Shown here: positions 34,845-46,474 of the stretch, one piece after another
Numbering within the stretch: position 1 is the first letter of the stretch
How the letters are laid out: every line of letters begins with the position of its first letter
Assembly (NCBI GenBank): GCA_964512175.1
Contig: CAZEIC010000001.1
Coordinates: forward strand, 2,306-66,305
Reading direction: 5' to 3'
Origin: an uncultured Oscillospiraceae bacterium
Lineage (GTDB): Bacteria > Bacillota > Clostridia > Christensenellales > Aristaeellaceae
Length of the DNA stretch: 64,000 bases
Program-made: the position numbers and the translations under genes
Notes under the pieces: model-generated
Told to the model about the DNA's origin: nothing
Database searches by the model: none
Seen by the model: only the letters and a program-made list of their open reading frames with translations

Positions 34845-35803
34845 CGTTCTCGATGGAGGTCAAGCACGAGCTGGCGCGCGTTTCGGCGGAGCGCCCGTGC
34901 TGCACGGCGAGCGAGCTCAACGCGCTGACACAGTTTTGCGGCGCGGTGCGCTTCGAAAACGTCGGGCAGGCGAGCGTCGTTTACACGGCAAGCAGCGCGA
35001 CCGTCGCCAAGCGCATCCTGCTGCTGCTCAAGCGCCGCGCGAGCGTATCGCCCGAACTGCGCGTTATCCGGCACGCGCGCTTCGGCGGGCAGCGGGAATA
35101 CCGCCTGTCGGTGTCCGGGCGCGAGGGCTGGGAGCTGCTGTCGTCGCTGCACATTCTACGCGATATGGGCGAGGATATCCGGCTGCGGACGCTCTCACAC
35201 CGCGCGCTGACGAGAAAGTGCTGTCGCAGGGCATACCTGCGCGGCGCGTTCCTCGCGGTCGGCTCGGTCACGTCGCCCGAAAAGGGGCGGCATCTACAGT
35301 TTTTGACCGCCACGCCCGTGCTGGCTAACGCGCTCGCGCGCGTGCTCGCGGCGGGGGACGTGACGGCAAAGCAGCTTGCCAAGGATGGCGGCACGATGGT
35401 GTATCTCAAGGACGGCGACCAGATCGTGACGCTGCTGTCGCTGATGGGCGCGAGTCAGTCGCTCATGCGCATGGAGAACATCCGTGCGCAGCGCTCGCTT
35501 CGCAACGCCGTCACGCGCATGACGAACTGCGACGCGGGCAACCTCGAAAAGCAGCTCGCCGCCTCGCGCGAACAGGTGCGTATGATTACGGCGCTGTCGC
35601 TCGGCGTAGGGCTGTCCTCGCTGCCGGGCGAGCTTGCGGCGCTGGCGCGATTGCGCCTATCCAACCCCGACGCCTCGCTTGCCGAGCTGGGCGCGATGCT
35701 CGACCCGCCGCTTGGCAAATCGGGCGTATCCCACAGACTGCGGAAGATCCGCGACATCGCGGAGCAAATAGGAGTGAAGGATCATGACGACCAGACAGAT
35801 TGA
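34841..35803 (+). CDS. whiA: DNA-binding protein WhiA
   Basis: The protein starts MTFSMEVKHELARV and has a degenerate LAGLIDADG region (YLRGAFLAVGSVTSPEKG) and the C-terminal helix-turn-helix GKSGVSHRLRKI. Confidence 0.92.
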   Translation: MTFSMEVKHELARVSAERPCCTASELNALTQFCGAVRFENVGQASVVYTASSATVAKRILLLLKRRASVSPELRVIRHARFGGQREYRLSVSGREGWELLSSLHILRDMGEDIRLRTLSHRALTRKCCRRAYLRGAFLAVGSVTSPEKGRHLQFLTATPVLANALARVLAAGDVTAKQLAKDGGTMVYLKDGDQIVTLLSLMGASQSLMRMENIRAQRSLRNAVTRMTNCDAGNLEKQLAASREQVRMITALSLGVGLSSLPGELAALARLRLSNPDASLAELGAMLDPPLGKSGVSHRLRKIRDIAEQIGVKDHDDQTD

Positions 35804-36041
35804 TTTGACGGGACTGACGCCGTTCCAGCGCGAGCATGTCGTTCGCCTCGTCAACGTCGCCAATGGCTACGTTTCGCACATTCTTTTGGAACACCGCAAC
35901 CGCACCATCAACGGCAAATCCATGCTGGGGCTGTTGTCGCTGGGCGACGTTCAAAACGAGTCCGTGACGCTGATCGTTGACGGAGACGACGAAAAAGAAG
36001 CGCTCGAGGCAGTCGCCGACGCGCTTCTTTGCAAGGCTTGA
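35784..36041 (+). CDS. HPr-family protein lacking the His15 phosphorylation site (Crh-like)
   Basis: This 85-aa protein has GKSMLGLLSLG, matching the Ser46 regulatory region of HPr/Crh. The position of GLHARPA reads GLTPFQRE, with no His. It overlaps the whiA 3' end by 20 nt. Confidence 0.75.
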   Translation: MTTRQIDLTGLTPFQREHVVRLVNVANGYVSHILLEHRNRTINGKSMLGLLSLGDVQNESVTLIVDGDDEKEALEAVADALLCKA

Positions 36042-36050
36042 CGCGGTTGA

Positions 36051-36581
36051 TTATAGGTTTTGGTAGCCGTTGAACCACGCGCGCTGTTCAAACGGCAGCT
36101 TTTTCGCGCGCGGGCTTTCCTTCTTGGGAATTCCGACGGGCAGGAACGCGACAAGCTCCATGTCCTCGGGCACGGAGAGCACGTCCGCCATGCGCCTGCC
36201 GATGCGGTCTTCGTCGGTGATATAGCCCTCGATCCAGCAGCTCGCGTAGCCCAGCGCGGTGATCGCCAGCAGCATGTTCTCGATGGCGGCGGCGTAGTCC
36301 TGCACATAATACGTGCGGTCGCGGTAGGCGACGATGCGCTTTGTCAGCACGCAGACGGCGGCGGGCGCGGAGGCGTAGGTCGGCTTTTGCATCAAATCCG
36401 CGATGCTTGCGAGCAGCGCCTTGTCGTCCACGGCGATCAGGCTGGTCGTCTGTTTGTTGCACCCCGACGGCGCGGACAGCCCCGCTTCCATGATCTTGCG
36501 CAAATCCTCGCGCGGCACGGGCGCGTCCTGATAATACCCCCGAAAGCTGTACCGGTTCAGTAGCGCGTCGAACAACTCCAT
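36051..36581 (-). CDS. Nitroreductase family protein
   Basis: The protein starts MELFDALLNRYSFRGY and contains APSGCNKQ and a later IENMLLAITALGY, typical of FMN nitroreductases. The listed ORF has a spurious N-terminal extension. Confidence 0.8.
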   Translation of the reverse strand: MELFDALLNRYSFRGYYQDAPVPREDLRKIMEAGLSAPSGCNKQTTSLIAVDDKALLASIADLMQKPTYASAPAAVCVLTKRIVAYRDRTYYVQDYAAAIENMLLAITALGYASCWIEGYITDEDRIGRRMADVLSVPEDMELVAFLPVGIPKKESPRAKKLPFEQRAWFNGYQNL

Positions 36582-36597
36582 GCGGCGTTCCCCCGTT

Positions 36598-38745
36598 TCA
36601 TTTTTTCTCGTATCGAATCGGCACGCTGACAGTCGGCGCGCCCTCGTCTTTTTTGGTGAACGTGAACATGCCGTCGCGAATGGCGAGCGTGCCCGTGCTG
36701 CCTGCCACCGCGCCATCCTTGAGCAGCAGCGTCACCAGCTTTTCACTCAGCAGCGGTCCGCCGCCGCGCTTGGCGCAGTCCTTCCAGAGCGTGAATCTGC
36801 AGCCGTTCTTCCAATCGGAGCAGCCGAACGCCTTGGCGTTTTCCTGCACGGGCTTGCCGCACAGCGGGCAGACCACGCCCGCTACGGGCGTGACGGTCGA
36901 GGCGCTCTTGCCCTTGCCGCGCCCGCCGCGCTGTTCCTTTTCAAACACGCCGTCGCCCTGCTGCCCGCGCGCGTACTCCACCAGAAACGCGCTCATGCGG
37001 CGAATGCCCTCCATAAACCGCGCGGTGTCGCGCTTGCCCGCCGCGATTTCGTTGAGCGCAAGCTCCCATTTCCCGGTCATTTCGGGCGAGGCGATCTCCT
37101 CCGGCGCGACGGCAATCAGCCGCACGCCCTTATCGGTCGCGAATATCGCGCGCCCTTTTCGGCTTGCGTACCCCACCGTGATCAGCCTTTCGATGATGGC
37201 GGCGCGCGTGGCGGGCGTGCCCAGCCCCGAGCCCTTCATCTGCTCGCGCAGCGCCTCGTCCGCGAGGTCGCGCCCGGCGTATTCCATGGCGGAAAGGATG
37301 CTCGCGTCGGTGTGCGGCGGCGGCGGCTTGGTCGCTTCCTTCTTGACGGTCGCCTTTTGTACGGCGCGCGCGTCGCCTTTTTGCAGCGCGGGCAGCGTCT
37401 GCTCGCCGTCGGGCGCTTTCTCGGCGGATTGGTAGACCGCTTTCCAACCCAGAACGCGCACGACGCGCCCGGACGATTTGAACGTTTGTTCCTCGCAGAC
37501 CGTCGTCACGCGGATAGCGTCGTACTCGTGCGCCGGGTAGAACGCGGCGATCAGGCGCTTGGCGATCAAATCAAACAGCGCGCGGTCGTCGGGCGGGAGC
37601 TTCTGCACGTCGGTCTTGCGCGTGGTCGGGATGATGGCGTGATGGTCGGACACGCGCGCGTTGTCGAACACGCGCTTGGAGTACGGCAGCTTGCCCTCGC
37701 GATACGGTATGCCCGAAACCAGCGGCTGATACGCCGCGTCGAGGCAATCCAGCGCGGTCTTGGCGCGCCCGATCATATCGTTGGGCAAATACCGGCTGTC
37801 GGTGCGCGGGTAGGTGACGGCTTTCCACTTTTCGTATAAATCCTGCGCGATTTTGAGCGTCTTTTGCGCGGTGAAACCCAGCTGGCGGTTCGCGTCGCGC
37901 TGGAGCGAGGTCAAATCGTAGAGCTGCGGCGGAAGCTCGCGCTTTTCCTCGCGCGTCACCTCGGCGACCGTCGCTTGTTTGCCCTTGACGCGCTTTGCCA
38001 GCGCGTCCGCTGTCGCCTTATCGGGAATGCGGACGTTCTCGCGCTCGTCCTTGTTGTTCGCATCGAACCATTGCCCCGCGTAATCGCCGAAATCGGCGGT
38101 CAGCGTGTGGTATTCGACGGGCTTGAAATCCGCGATTTCGTGATGCCGCTTGACGAGCAGCGCGAGCGTCGGCGTTTGCACGCGGCCGACGGACAAAAGC
38201 GCGTCGTAGCGCAGAGTGAACGCGCGGCTGGCGTTCATGCCGACCAGCCAATCGGCTTGCGAACGGCACGCCGCCGACTGGTACAGCCCGTCATACGCCG
38301 AGGCTGGCTTGAGCGCGGCGAAGCCCTCGCGAATCGCCTCGTCGGTCATGGAGCTGATCCACAGCCTGTCCACGGGCTTTTGGCACTTCGCCTGCTCGTA
38401 AATCAGCCGGAAGATCAGCTCGCCCTCGCGCCCAGCGTCGGTCGCGCAGATCACGCGCTCGCAGTCCTTTTGGCAAATCAGCTTCTTGATGACCGAAAAC
38501 TGCGGCTTGGTCTTGGGGATGACCTTGGTCGGGATGGTTTCGGGCAGGATCGGCAAGTCTTCCATGCGCCATTTCTTATAGCGCGCGTCCAGCTCGTCCG
38601 GCTCGCAAAGCGTCACCAGATGCCCGACCGCCCACGTTACAATGTATCCCTCACCCTGAACGAACCCCTGACCCGCCTCGCGGCACTTGAGCACGCGCGC
38701 GATATCGCGCCCGACGCTCGGCTTCTCCGCGACGACGACGATCAC
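36598..38745 (-). CDS. topB: DNA topoisomerase III
   Basis: The TOPRIM region reads [14 protein letters not shown]...WAVGHL. The active-site region reads [11 protein letters not shown]. The C-terminal Cys clusters are CPLCGK...CSDWKNGC. The GTG start overlaps the hslU stop. Confidence 0.9.
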   Translation of the reverse strand: MIVVVAEKPSVGRDIARVLKCREAGQGFVQGEGYIVTWAVGHLVTLCEPDELDARYKKWRMEDLPILPETIPTKVIPKTKPQFSVIKKLICQKDCERVICATDAGREGELIFRLIYEQAKCQKPVDRLWISSMTDEAIREGFAALKPASAYDGLYQSAACRSQADWLVGMNASRAFTLRYDALLSVGRVQTPTLALLVKRHHEIADFKPVEYHTLTADFGDYAGQWFDANNKDERENVRIPDKATADALAKRVKGKQATVAEVTREEKRELPPQLYDLTSLQRDANRQLGFTAQKTLKIAQDLYEKWKAVTYPRTDSRYLPNDMIGRAKTALDCLDAAYQPLVSGIPYREGKLPYSKRVFDNARVSDHHAIIPTTRKTDVQKLPPDDRALFDLIAKRLIAAFYPAHEYDAIRVTTVCEEQTFKSSGRVVRVLGWKAVYQSAEKAPDGEQTLPALQKGDARAVQKATVKKEATKPPPPHTDASILSAMEYAGRDLADEALREQMKGSGLGTPATRAAIIERLITVGYASRKGRAIFATDKGVRLIAVAPEEIASPEMTGKWELALNEIAAGKRDTARFMEGIRRMSAFLVEYARGQQGDGVFEKEQRGGRGKGKSASTVTPVAGVVCPLCGKPVQENAKAFGCSDWKNGCRFTLWKDCAKRGGGPLLSEKLVTLLLKDGAVAGSTGTLAIRDGMFTFTKKDEGAPTVSVPIRYEKK

Positions 38746-40103
38746 AGGATGTACCTGCGCACGTCGGCGCGCTTGGCGGCGCTCAAATGCTCGCGCACGT
38801 ACTCGGCGGTGATGTTCAGGTAGATATCGGGCATATCGTCGCCGCCCGCGTTGAAGGAAATATCTTCCAGCAGTTCCTCGAACACCGCGTGCAACCTGCG
38901 CGCGCCGATGTCCTCGCCGACCTCGTTGGACAGGTACGCCGCCCGCGCGATCTCCTGCAGCGCGCCCTCCTCGAACGTCAGGTGCACCTTGTCCGCCGCC
39001 AGCAGCGCGGTGTATTGCAGCGTGAGCGCGTTGTCGGGCTGCGTCAGGATGCGCACGAAATCGTCCACCGTCAGGCTCTTGAGCGTGACGTGCACCGGGA
39101 AACGCCCCTGCAGCTCGGGAATCAAATCGGTCACTTTCGCAACGTGGAACGCGCCCGCCGCGATGAACAGCATGAAATCGGTGCGCACCGCGCCGTACTT
39201 GGTGTTGACGGTCGAGCCTTCGACGATCGGCAGGATATCGCGCTGCACGCCCTCGCGCGAAACGTCGGGACCGTGCCCGCCGCCGTGCCCCGCGACCTTG
39301 TCGATTTCATCGAGGAAGACGATGCCGTTTTGCTCGGCGCGGCGCACCGCTTCCTCGCGCACGGCGTCCTCGTCGATGAGCTTTTGCGATTCCTCGGCAA
39401 TCAGGATTTTGCGCGCCTCGCGCACCTTGACGTGCCGCAGCTTGGTTTTTTTGGGCATCAGCCCGCCCATCATGTCGCCGATGTTGATGGAGCTGCCGCC
39501 GACCTCGAGCTGCGGCGTATTTTCCTCGACCTCGATTTCGAGCTCGTATTCCTCCAGCTCGCCGCGCATGAGCTGCGCGCGCACGTCCTCGCGGCGCACG
39601 GCGAGCTTCTGCTTTTCGTCGTCCGACGGCTCGGGCTCTTTCGCCTTGCCCAGCAGCATTTCCAGCGGGTTGCCGGACGGCTTTTTAGGCGGGTGCACGA
39701 GAAGCGACAGCAATCGATCCTCGGCAAGCACGGTGGCGCGCGTTTTGACGCGCTGCGTGTGCTCGTCCTTGACCATGCGCACGGCGTTCTCCATCAAATC
39801 GCGGATGATGCCCTCCACGTCGCGCCCGACGTAGCCCACCTCGGTGAACTTCGTCGCCTCGACCTTGACGAACGGCGCTTCCACGAGCTTGGCGAGCCTG
39901 CGCGCGATTTCGGTCTTGCCAACGCCCGTAGGTCCGATCATCAGGATATTTTTCGGATAGATTTCCTCGCGCATCTCCTCGGACACCAAGGATCTGCGGT
40001 AACGGTTGCGCAGGGCGATGGCGACGGCGCGCTTTGCCTCGTCCTGCCCGATGATGTATCTGTCCAGTTCGCGCACGACTTCGCGCGGCGTTAGTTCTTT
40101 CAT
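38742..40103 (-). CDS. hslU: ATP-dependent protease ATPase subunit HslU
   Basis: Walker A is [17 protein letters not shown] and Walker B is IVFLDEIDK. The I-domain and the C-terminal ...RYIL are present. Confidence 0.95.
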   Translation of the reverse strand: MKELTPREVVRELDRYIIGQDEAKRAVAIALRNRYRRSLVSEEMREEIYPKNILMIGPTGVGKTEIARRLAKLVEAPFVKVEATKFTEVGYVGRDVEGIIRDLMENAVRMVKDEHTQRVKTRATVLAEDRLLSLLVHPPKKPSGNPLEMLLGKAKEPEPSDDEKQKLAVRREDVRAQLMRGELEEYELEIEVEENTPQLEVGGSSINIGDMMGGLMPKKTKLRHVKVREARKILIAEESQKLIDEDAVREEAVRRAEQNGIVFLDEIDKVAGHGGGHGPDVSREGVQRDILPIVEGSTVNTKYGAVRTDFMLFIAAGAFHVAKVTDLIPELQGRFPVHVTLKSLTVDDFVRILTQPDNALTLQYTALLAADKVHLTFEEGALQEIARAAYLSNEVGEDIGARRLHAVFEELLEDISFNAGGDDMPDIYLNITAEYVREHLSAAKRADVRRYIL

Positions 40104-40633
40104 ACTTCCTCCACGATGATGTTGTCGTTGGTGAACACGCAGATGGACGCGGCGACGTGCAGCGCCTTATCGGCGATCTCGCGCGCCGAAAGGTCGGTGT
40201 TCTGTATCAACGCGCGCGCTGCGGCAAGCGCGTAATTGCCGCCCGAGCCGATGGCGCACACGCCGTCGTCCGGGTCGATGACCTCGCCCGTGCCCGACAG
40301 GATCAGCAGGCTTTCCTTGTTCGCCACGATCATCATGGCTTGCAGCTGCCGGAGCACCTTATCGCCGCGCCAGTCCTGCGCGAGGTTCACCGCCGCGCGC
40401 TCGAGGTTGCCGCCGCACTGCATGAGCTTTTCCTCGAAGCGCTCGCACAGCGTGAACGCGTCGGCGACCGAGCCCGCAAAGCCCACCGCCACCTGCCCGT
40501 CGAGGATGCGGCGCACCTTCTTCGCCGAGTTCTTGAAGATGGTGTTCTCCCCCATCGTCACCTGACCGTCGCCCGCGATGGCGGTCACGCCGTTCCTGCG
40601 CACGGCGCATATGGTCGTTCCCATCATGCTCAT
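40100..40633 (-). CDS. hslV: ATP-dependent protease subunit HslV
   Basis: The protein starts [11 protein letters not shown], with a Thr nucleophile after processing, and contains [10 protein letters not shown] and GSGGNYA. The ATGA start/stop overlaps occur on both sides. Confidence 0.93.
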   Translation of the reverse strand: MSMMGTTICAVRRNGVTAIAGDGQVTMGENTIFKNSAKKVRRILDGQVAVGFAGSVADAFTLCERFEEKLMQCGGNLERAAVNLAQDWRGDKVLRQLQAMMIVANKESLLILSGTGEVIDPDDGVCAIGSGGNYALAAARALIQNTDLSAREIADKALHVAASICVFTNDNIIVEEV

Positions 40634-41904
40634 AAACCGTTTTGCTCCTTTTCTGTCGTAGATATCCAGTCGATGATGTCTCTGGCGACCGCCGCGTCCA
40701 GCAGCGCGGGCGTCGCGTACTCCGACACCGTGCCGCGATAGCGCTCGTCGCCCGTATAGCGCATCAGCAGATGATTGAGGTTCGGATAATGCTTGTAGTC
40801 CACAAAATCGCGTTCGCCAAGCGCTTCGCGCCACGCGTCCATGCCGATAGCGTCGCGCACCTGAAAATCCGCGCCGCCGTTGAGAATGAGCGTCGGCAGC
40901 GCAAGGTCGAGAAGCGCCGCCGGCATGTCGGTCGGCATGGTGTTGAAATACGGCGTATCGCCGCCTTGCAGCTCGGCGGATTCCTCGCCAGCAAGCTCCT
41001 TTTGCTGCGCGGCGACGACCTCCAGCAGCGTCCTTGGCGAGCCGCACAACAGCAGCATGCCGGAGAACGCGCCGCCCGACAGCCGCGCGATCTCGGGCGC
41101 GAGCATCGCGCCGAGGCTGTGCCCGCACAGGTAAATATTGGCAATCCTATCGTCCGCACGCAGCAGCGCAGCCGCCGCCAGCGCGTCGTCCACCATCTCG
41201 TCATACACGGAAAAATCGGCGTAATCCTCGCTCGATGCGATCTTTTCGCCGTAGACCAGCGTGCGCTTGTCGTACCGCAACGAGGCGATACCCGCCTCCG
41301 CGAGCGCGTAGGCAAGGTCGCGGAACATTTTGGTGCGCCCGATCGTCTCGTCCCGGTCGTTGGGCCCCGAACCGTGAACCAATAACACGGCGGGCACGGG
41401 CGCGCCCGCGTCCTTGGGCAGCGTCAGCGTGCCGGGGAGCGCCCACTGGGTATCTTTTCCAATCACGACCTCGGTTTCCGTCGCGCCGTCCGGCAGCGAA
41501 AGCGCCGCGAACTCCACGTTTTCGATTTCGGGCGCGGGCGACACGAACAGCCCCGCAATCTTGCCGTTTTGGTCGTACGTCACGGTCGCCGTCAAATCAT
41601 TGCCCGTCATGAGCATGTGCACGGCGTGCACGGAATACGCCTCCACTTGGGCGACCGTCTCGCTGTGGAAGCCGACGAACTCGCCGCCCAGCGCGCGCAT
41701 CTGCCCCCACAGCAGCGCAAGCTGCGCCTTGGGAAAGGCGTTTTGCATGGTATCGTCAAACTGCGCAAACAGCGCGTCGTCCTGGTCGCCCGCCATGAGC
41801 GCGGTCAGGAATGCGCGCGCGGAACTGTCCGTCACCTCGGCAAACGCGCATGAAAAGAGCAAAACCAGCGACAACAGGAAGCAAAATCCGCGTTTCATCT
41901 TCAT
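40630..41904 (-). CDS. Secreted DUF3887-like domain fused to an alpha/beta hydrolase
   Basis: The signal peptide is [22 protein letters not shown]. The N-terminal region [12 protein letters not shown]...LWGQM...G is DUF3887-like. The hydrolase part has [10 protein letters not shown] and the nucleophile elbow GHSLGA. Confidence 0.8.
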   Translation of the reverse strand: MKMKRGFCFLLSLVLLFSCAFAEVTDSSARAFLTALMAGDQDDALFAQFDDTMQNAFPKAQLALLWGQMRALGGEFVGFHSETVAQVEAYSVHAVHMLMTGNDLTATVTYDQNGKIAGLFVSPAPEIENVEFAALSLPDGATETEVVIGKDTQWALPGTLTLPKDAGAPVPAVLLVHGSGPNDRDETIGRTKMFRDLAYALAEAGIASLRYDKRTLVYGEKIASSEDYADFSVYDEMVDDALAAAALLRADDRIANIYLCGHSLGAMLAPEIARLSGGAFSGMLLLCGSPRTLLEVVAAQQKELAGEESAELQGGDTPYFNTMPTDMPAALLDLALPTLILNGGADFQVRDAIGMDAWREALGERDFVDYKHYPNLNHLLMRYTGDERYRGTVSEYATPALLDAAVARDIIDWISTTEKEQNGL

Positions 41905-41934
41905 CCCTCCCACGCAAAGCATACCACAAACGGC

Positions 41935-43266
41935 TTATCCCTGTCGAGTCTGTGCCGCCGTAATGTCCAAATCGGCGGCTATCTCCCGCACAACCGCGAG
42001 CGCGCGATCGGCAATCGCCTCATAGCGCTGCTGCTTGTTGCGGATGCGCGCAGGCGGCGCGTCCATCAGCCCGAACGTCGCGTTCATGGGCTGAAAATTG
42101 CGGTTGGCGGCGGACACATAGCAGCCCAGCGCGCCGATGGCGGTGCTTCTGGGGAACGTAATTTCCGGCAAGCCAAGCATGCGCCGCGCAAGCGACACCC
42201 CGGCGACCAGCCCGCTCGCCGCGCTCTCGACATACCCCTCCACGCCCGTCATCTGCCCCGCGAAATACAGCCCGGGGAGCGAGCGCATCTGGTAGCTCGC
42301 GTCCAGCAAGCCGGGGCTATTGAGGAAGGTATTGCGGTGCATCACGCCATAGCGCGCGAACGTCGCGTTTTCCAGCCCGGGAATCAGCCCGAACACGCGC
42401 TTTTGCTCGGGGAATTTGAGGCGCGTCTGGAAGCCGACGAGGTTGTACAGCGTCGCCGAAGCGTCGTCCTGCCGAAGCTGCACGACGGCGAACGCCTCTT
42501 TTCCGGTGCGCGGGTCGAAAAGACCCACCGGCTTCATCGGCCCGAATGCCAGCGCCATATGCCCCCGGCGCGCCATCGACTCCACCGGCATGCAGCCCTC
42601 AAACACCGCGTCTTCCTCGAACCCGTGCACGGGCGCGGTCTCGGCGGTCAACAGCGCGGCAACGAACGCATCGTATTCCTCGCGCGTCATCGGGCAGTTG
42701 AGGTAATCCTCGCCGCGCCCGTAGCGCGAGGCGCGGTAGATTTTGTCCATGTCCAGCGATTCCGCCGTGACGATGGGCGCGGCGGCGTCGTAGAAATGCA
42801 GCGTCCCGACCTCGGGCTTGGCGGATATGGCGTTTGCCAGCGCGTCCGAGGTCAGCGGTCCCGTCGCGACGATCGCGGGCGGCGCGGGCATTTCCGAAAC
42901 CTCCGCGCGCACGATCTCAACCAGCGGATGGCTCTCCAAAGCGTCGGTGATATGCCCGGAAAACGCTTCCCTGTCCACCGCCAGCGCGCCGCCGGCTGGC
43001 ACGCGCGCCGCGTCCGCCGCGCGCATGACGAGCGAGGACAGCGCGCGCATTTCTTCCTTTAATAAGCCCACGGCGTTTTGCAGCCTGTCGGAGCGCAGCG
43101 AATTGGAGCAGACCAGCTCCGCAAAGCGCGGCGAATGGTGCGCCGGGCTCATGCGCGCGGGCTTCATTTCCATCAACCGCACGGGCACGCCCATGCGCGC
43201 GAGCTGCCACGCCGCCTCGCACCCCGCCAGCCCCGCGCCGACGACGGTCGCGCGGCGCTCACTCAT
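41935..43266 (-). CDS. trmFO: Methylenetetrahydrofolate--tRNA-(uracil-5-)-methyltransferase TrmFO
   Basis: [16 protein letters not shown] is the FAD GxGxxG motif, followed by ELVCSNSLR and [16 protein letters not shown]. Confidence 0.93.
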   Translation of the reverse strand: MSERRATVVGAGLAGCEAAWQLARMGVPVRLMEMKPARMSPAHHSPRFAELVCSNSLRSDRLQNAVGLLKEEMRALSSLVMRAADAARVPAGGALAVDREAFSGHITDALESHPLVEIVRAEVSEMPAPPAIVATGPLTSDALANAISAKPEVGTLHFYDAAAPIVTAESLDMDKIYRASRYGRGEDYLNCPMTREEYDAFVAALLTAETAPVHGFEEDAVFEGCMPVESMARRGHMALAFGPMKPVGLFDPRTGKEAFAVVQLRQDDASATLYNLVGFQTRLKFPEQKRVFGLIPGLENATFARYGVMHRNTFLNSPGLLDASYQMRSLPGLYFAGQMTGVEGYVESAASGLVAGVSLARRMLGLPEITFPRSTAIGALGCYVSAANRNFQPMNATFGLMDAPPARIRNKQQRYEAIADRALAVVREIAADLDITAAQTRQG

Positions 43267-45370
43267 CTTTTTCCTCGACCGGCACGCGGTGGCGGCACGT
43301 CTCGTTGGCGCATAGATGCCACGCGTCGCCCTTGCGCCCGCGCTTGAGCGTCATATAGCCGCCGCACTTCTCGCAGCGCTCGCGCACCGGCATCTCCCAC
43401 GACACGAACGAGCACTCGGGGTATTTCTCGCAGCCGTAAAACTTGCGGTTCTTCTTGCTCGTCTTCTCCAGCAGCCGCGCGCCGCAGACCGGGCACGGCG
43501 CGTCGATATACACCAGCACGGGCTTGGTGTTGCGGCAGTCGGGGAAGTTCGGGCAGGCGAGGAACTTACCGTACCTGCCCATGCGGTAGACCATCTGCGC
43601 GCCGCATTTATCACAAACCACGTCGGACGGCTCGTCCTTGATGTGCACCTTTTCGATCGTCTGCTCCGCCTCTTTGAGCGTCTTCTCGAACGGCGGGTAG
43701 AACTCGCGCAGGATATCGCGCCAATCCTTGCCGCCCGCCTCAATGGCGTCGAGCTTGTTTTCCAGCCCGGCGGTGAACTCGGGGTCTACGATGTCGCCAA
43801 AGTAATTGGTCATCATGCTGGTCACCATGCGCCCCAGCTCGGTCGGGAACAGGCGCTTGTTTTCCCTTGCGACATACCCGCGCGCGATGATCGTCGTGAT
43901 CGTCGGCGCGTAGGTGGACGGTCTGCCGATGCCGCGCTCCTCGAGCACGCGCACGAGCGAGGCTTCGGTGTATCGCGCGGACGGCTGCGTGAAGTGCTGC
44001 GCGACCTCGGTCTCCGTCACCGTCACAGCGTCGCCCACCGCGAACACCGGCAGCGTGGATTCCGCCGTTTCGGCGGCGTCGTCCTGACTCTCTTCATACA
44101 CGCCCGTGAATCCGGCAAAGCGCTTGTGCTCGCCGATAAACCGCAGCCCCACGCCACCGCCCTGCACGTCCATCGTCAGGGTATCGTACACCGCGCTCGT
44201 CATCTGGCTGGCGATGAACCGCGAGTAGATCAGCCGATACAGCTGGAACTGCTCCTTGGTCAGCGAGCCTTTGATGTCCTCCGGCACGCGGCGAACGTCG
44301 GTCGGGCGGATCGCCTCGTGCGCGTTCTGCGCGTTGGAACGGCTCTTGTAGACGTTTGGTTCGGGCGGCAAAAACGCCTCGCCGAAGCGCTCGGGGATGT
44401 ATTCGCGCACGGCGGCGAGCGCCTCGTCGCTGACGGTCACGGAGTCTGTGCGGATGTAGGTGACGATGCCCTGCAAGCCCTCGTTTTCAAGCTCTACGCC
44501 TTCGTAGAGCTGCTGGACGACCTGCATGGTCTTTTGCGTGGTGAAATTGAGCTTGCGCCCCGCCTCCTGCTGCAAGCTGGAGGTCGTGAACGGCGGCGCG
44601 GGCTGGCGCTTGCGCTCGCCCGGCTTCATCGCCTGCACGGCGAACGTCGCTTTCTCGATGCGCGCTTTGGCGGCTTCCGCCTGCTCAGCGTTCGTGACCG
44701 ACGCTTTCTCGCCATCGAGCGTGGCGAGCTTGAGCTTGAACGTCGTCTTGCGCCCGCGCGCGTTGGGCAGCAGCGCCGTCGCCGTCACATCCCAGAATTC
44801 CTCGGGGATGAACGCCTCGATGTCCTGCTCCCTGTCCACGACCAGCCGCGTCGCCACGCTCTGCACGCGCCCCGCCGACAGCCCTTTTTTCACCTTCGCC
44901 CACAAAAGCGGGCTGATTTTGTAGCCCACCAGCCTGTCCAGCGCGCGGCGCGCCTGCTGCGCGTCCACCAAGTCCATGTCCAGCGGACGCGGGCTGGCGA
45001 GCGCGTTCTGAATCGCCTTTTTGGTGATCTCGTGGAACTCGATGCGGCACGGCTGCTCGGTGTCCATCGAAAGCGTCTGCGCCAGATGCCAAGAAATCGC
45101 CTCGCCCTCGCGGTCAGGGTCAGTCGCCAGAAAGATGCGCGACGCGCCCTTGGCTTCCTTGCGGATGCGCATGAGGATCTTGCCCCTGCCGTGAATCGTG
45201 ATGTACTTCATGGCGTAGTCGTTTTCGGTGTCCACGCCGATTTGCGATTTGGGCAGGTCGCGCACATGCCCCTGCGAAGCCTCCACCTTGTAGCCCTTCC
45301 CCAGAAATTTTGCGATCGTGCGCGCCTTCGCGGGCGATTCCACGATCACGAGTTTATACGCTGCCGCCAT
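43259..45370 (-). CDS. topA: DNA topoisomerase I
   Basis: The TOPRIM region reads [18 protein letters not shown]. The active-site region reads YIRTDS. The C-terminus carries several CxxC zinc-ribbon repeats. Confidence 0.95.
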   Translation of the reverse strand: MAAAYKLVIVESPAKARTIAKFLGKGYKVEASQGHVRDLPKSQIGVDTENDYAMKYITIHGRGKILMRIRKEAKGASRIFLATDPDREGEAISWHLAQTLSMDTEQPCRIEFHEITKKAIQNALASPRPLDMDLVDAQQARRALDRLVGYKISPLLWAKVKKGLSAGRVQSVATRLVVDREQDIEAFIPEEFWDVTATALLPNARGRKTTFKLKLATLDGEKASVTNAEQAEAAKARIEKATFAVQAMKPGERKRQPAPPFTTSSLQQEAGRKLNFTTQKTMQVVQQLYEGVELENEGLQGIVTYIRTDSVTVSDEALAAVREYIPERFGEAFLPPEPNVYKSRSNAQNAHEAIRPTDVRRVPEDIKGSLTKEQFQLYRLIYSRFIASQMTSAVYDTLTMDVQGGGVGLRFIGEHKRFAGFTGVYEESQDDAAETAESTLPVFAVGDAVTVTETEVAQHFTQPSARYTEASLVRVLEERGIGRPSTYAPTITTIIARGYVARENKRLFPTELGRMVTSMMTNYFGDIVDPEFTAGLENKLDAIEAGGKDWRDILREFYPPFEKTLKEAEQTIEKVHIKDEPSDVVCDKCGAQMVYRMGRYGKFLACPNFPDCRNTKPVLVYIDAPCPVCGARLLEKTSKKNRKFYGCEKYPECSFVSWEMPVRERCEKCGGYMTLKRGRKGDAWHLCANETCRHRVPVEEKDE

Positions 45371-45394
45371 GTTCTTCCTCCACCTTATCCGTAT

Positions 45395-46474
45395 TTATCT
45401 TGCGAGCCTGTACGCGCGCCCCGGAAGCTTTTCCAGCTTGCCGTACATTTCAAGAATCGTCAGTTGCGCGCCGAGCGCGTCGGACGTGAGCCCCGTCTCG
45501 GTCATCAGTTCCTCGAACGTTTTTTCCTCATAAAACAGCGCGCGCAGCACGGGGTCGTCGGGCATGTCGCTTTCTTCCTGCGTTGCGACGGGCTGCAGCG
45601 TCCAGCGCATTTCCGAGAGGATATCCTGCGCGCAGGTGCACAGCACGCCGCCCTCGTGCAGCATTTTCAGCGGGATGGCGCTGCCCGGCGCGTCCACCTC
45701 GCCCGGGAGCGCGAACACCGTGCGCCCTTGATTGAGCGCGTGGTTGACGGTCGAAAACGAGCCGCTTTTCTCGCGCGCCTCGGTCACGAGCGTCGCGTGC
45801 GACAGCCCGCTGATGACGCGGTTGCGGTACGGGAAATGGTACGGCTGCGGCGGAGCGTCCAGCGCGAACTCGCTGACGATCGCGCCGCCCGACGCGACGA
45901 TTCTGTCGGCAAGCTCCTTGTTTTCCTCGGGGTACACCCTGCCGATGCCGCAGCCGAGCACCGCCACCGTGCGCCCGCGCGCGTCGAGCGCGCCCTCGTG
46001 CGCCGCCGTGTCCACGCCGCGCGCCAGCCCGCTGACGACCGTCACGCCGACCTCCGCCAGCTCTCTCGCGATGCGTCGGGACTGCGCTTTGCCGTAGCGC
46101 GTCGCGGCGCGCATGCCGATGACCGCGACGGCGAATTCCTCCGCGCGCATGTCGCCGCGCACAAACAGCACGTCCGGCGGGTCGGCGATGTGCGACAGCA
46201 GATAGGGGTACTGCGGAGAACCGAGGAACAGCGCGTGCGCACCGTATCGCTCGAGCTGCGAAAGCAAGCCCTCCAGCCCCGCGTCGCGCCGCGCCTTGAG
46301 CGCGCGGTACACGTTGTCGCCCAGCGTATCTCGGTGGCGCTCGCCGAACGTCTCATACAGCGCCTGCGCGCCGCCGAGCGCGTCCGCCAGCCGCATGCGC
46401 GCGTTGAGCCTGTCGATCGGCGCGTCCGCCAGCCAGATTCGACAAAGCTGCTCTTTCGTATACGTCAACCGCAT
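45395..46474 (-). CDS. dprA: DNA-processing protein DprA
   Basis: The Rossmann-like DprA core reads VAVIGMRAATRYG...VVSGLARGVDTAAHEGAL...TVAVLGCG. The C-terminus is winged-helix-like. The ATG at 46474 shares one base with the comM stop. Confidence 0.9.
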   Translation of the reverse strand: MRLTYTKEQLCRIWLADAPIDRLNARMRLADALGGAQALYETFGERHRDTLGDNVYRALKARRDAGLEGLLSQLERYGAHALFLGSPQYPYLLSHIADPPDVLFVRGDMRAEEFAVAVIGMRAATRYGKAQSRRIARELAEVGVTVVSGLARGVDTAAHEGALDARGRTVAVLGCGIGRVYPEENKELADRIVASGGAIVSEFALDAPPQPYHFPYRNRVISGLSHATLVTEAREKSGSFSTVNHALNQGRTVFALPGEVDAPGSAIPLKMLHEGGVLCTCAQDILSEMRWTLQPVATQEESDMPDDPVLRALFYEEKTFEELMTETGLTSDALGAQLTILEMYGKLEKLPGRAYRLAR

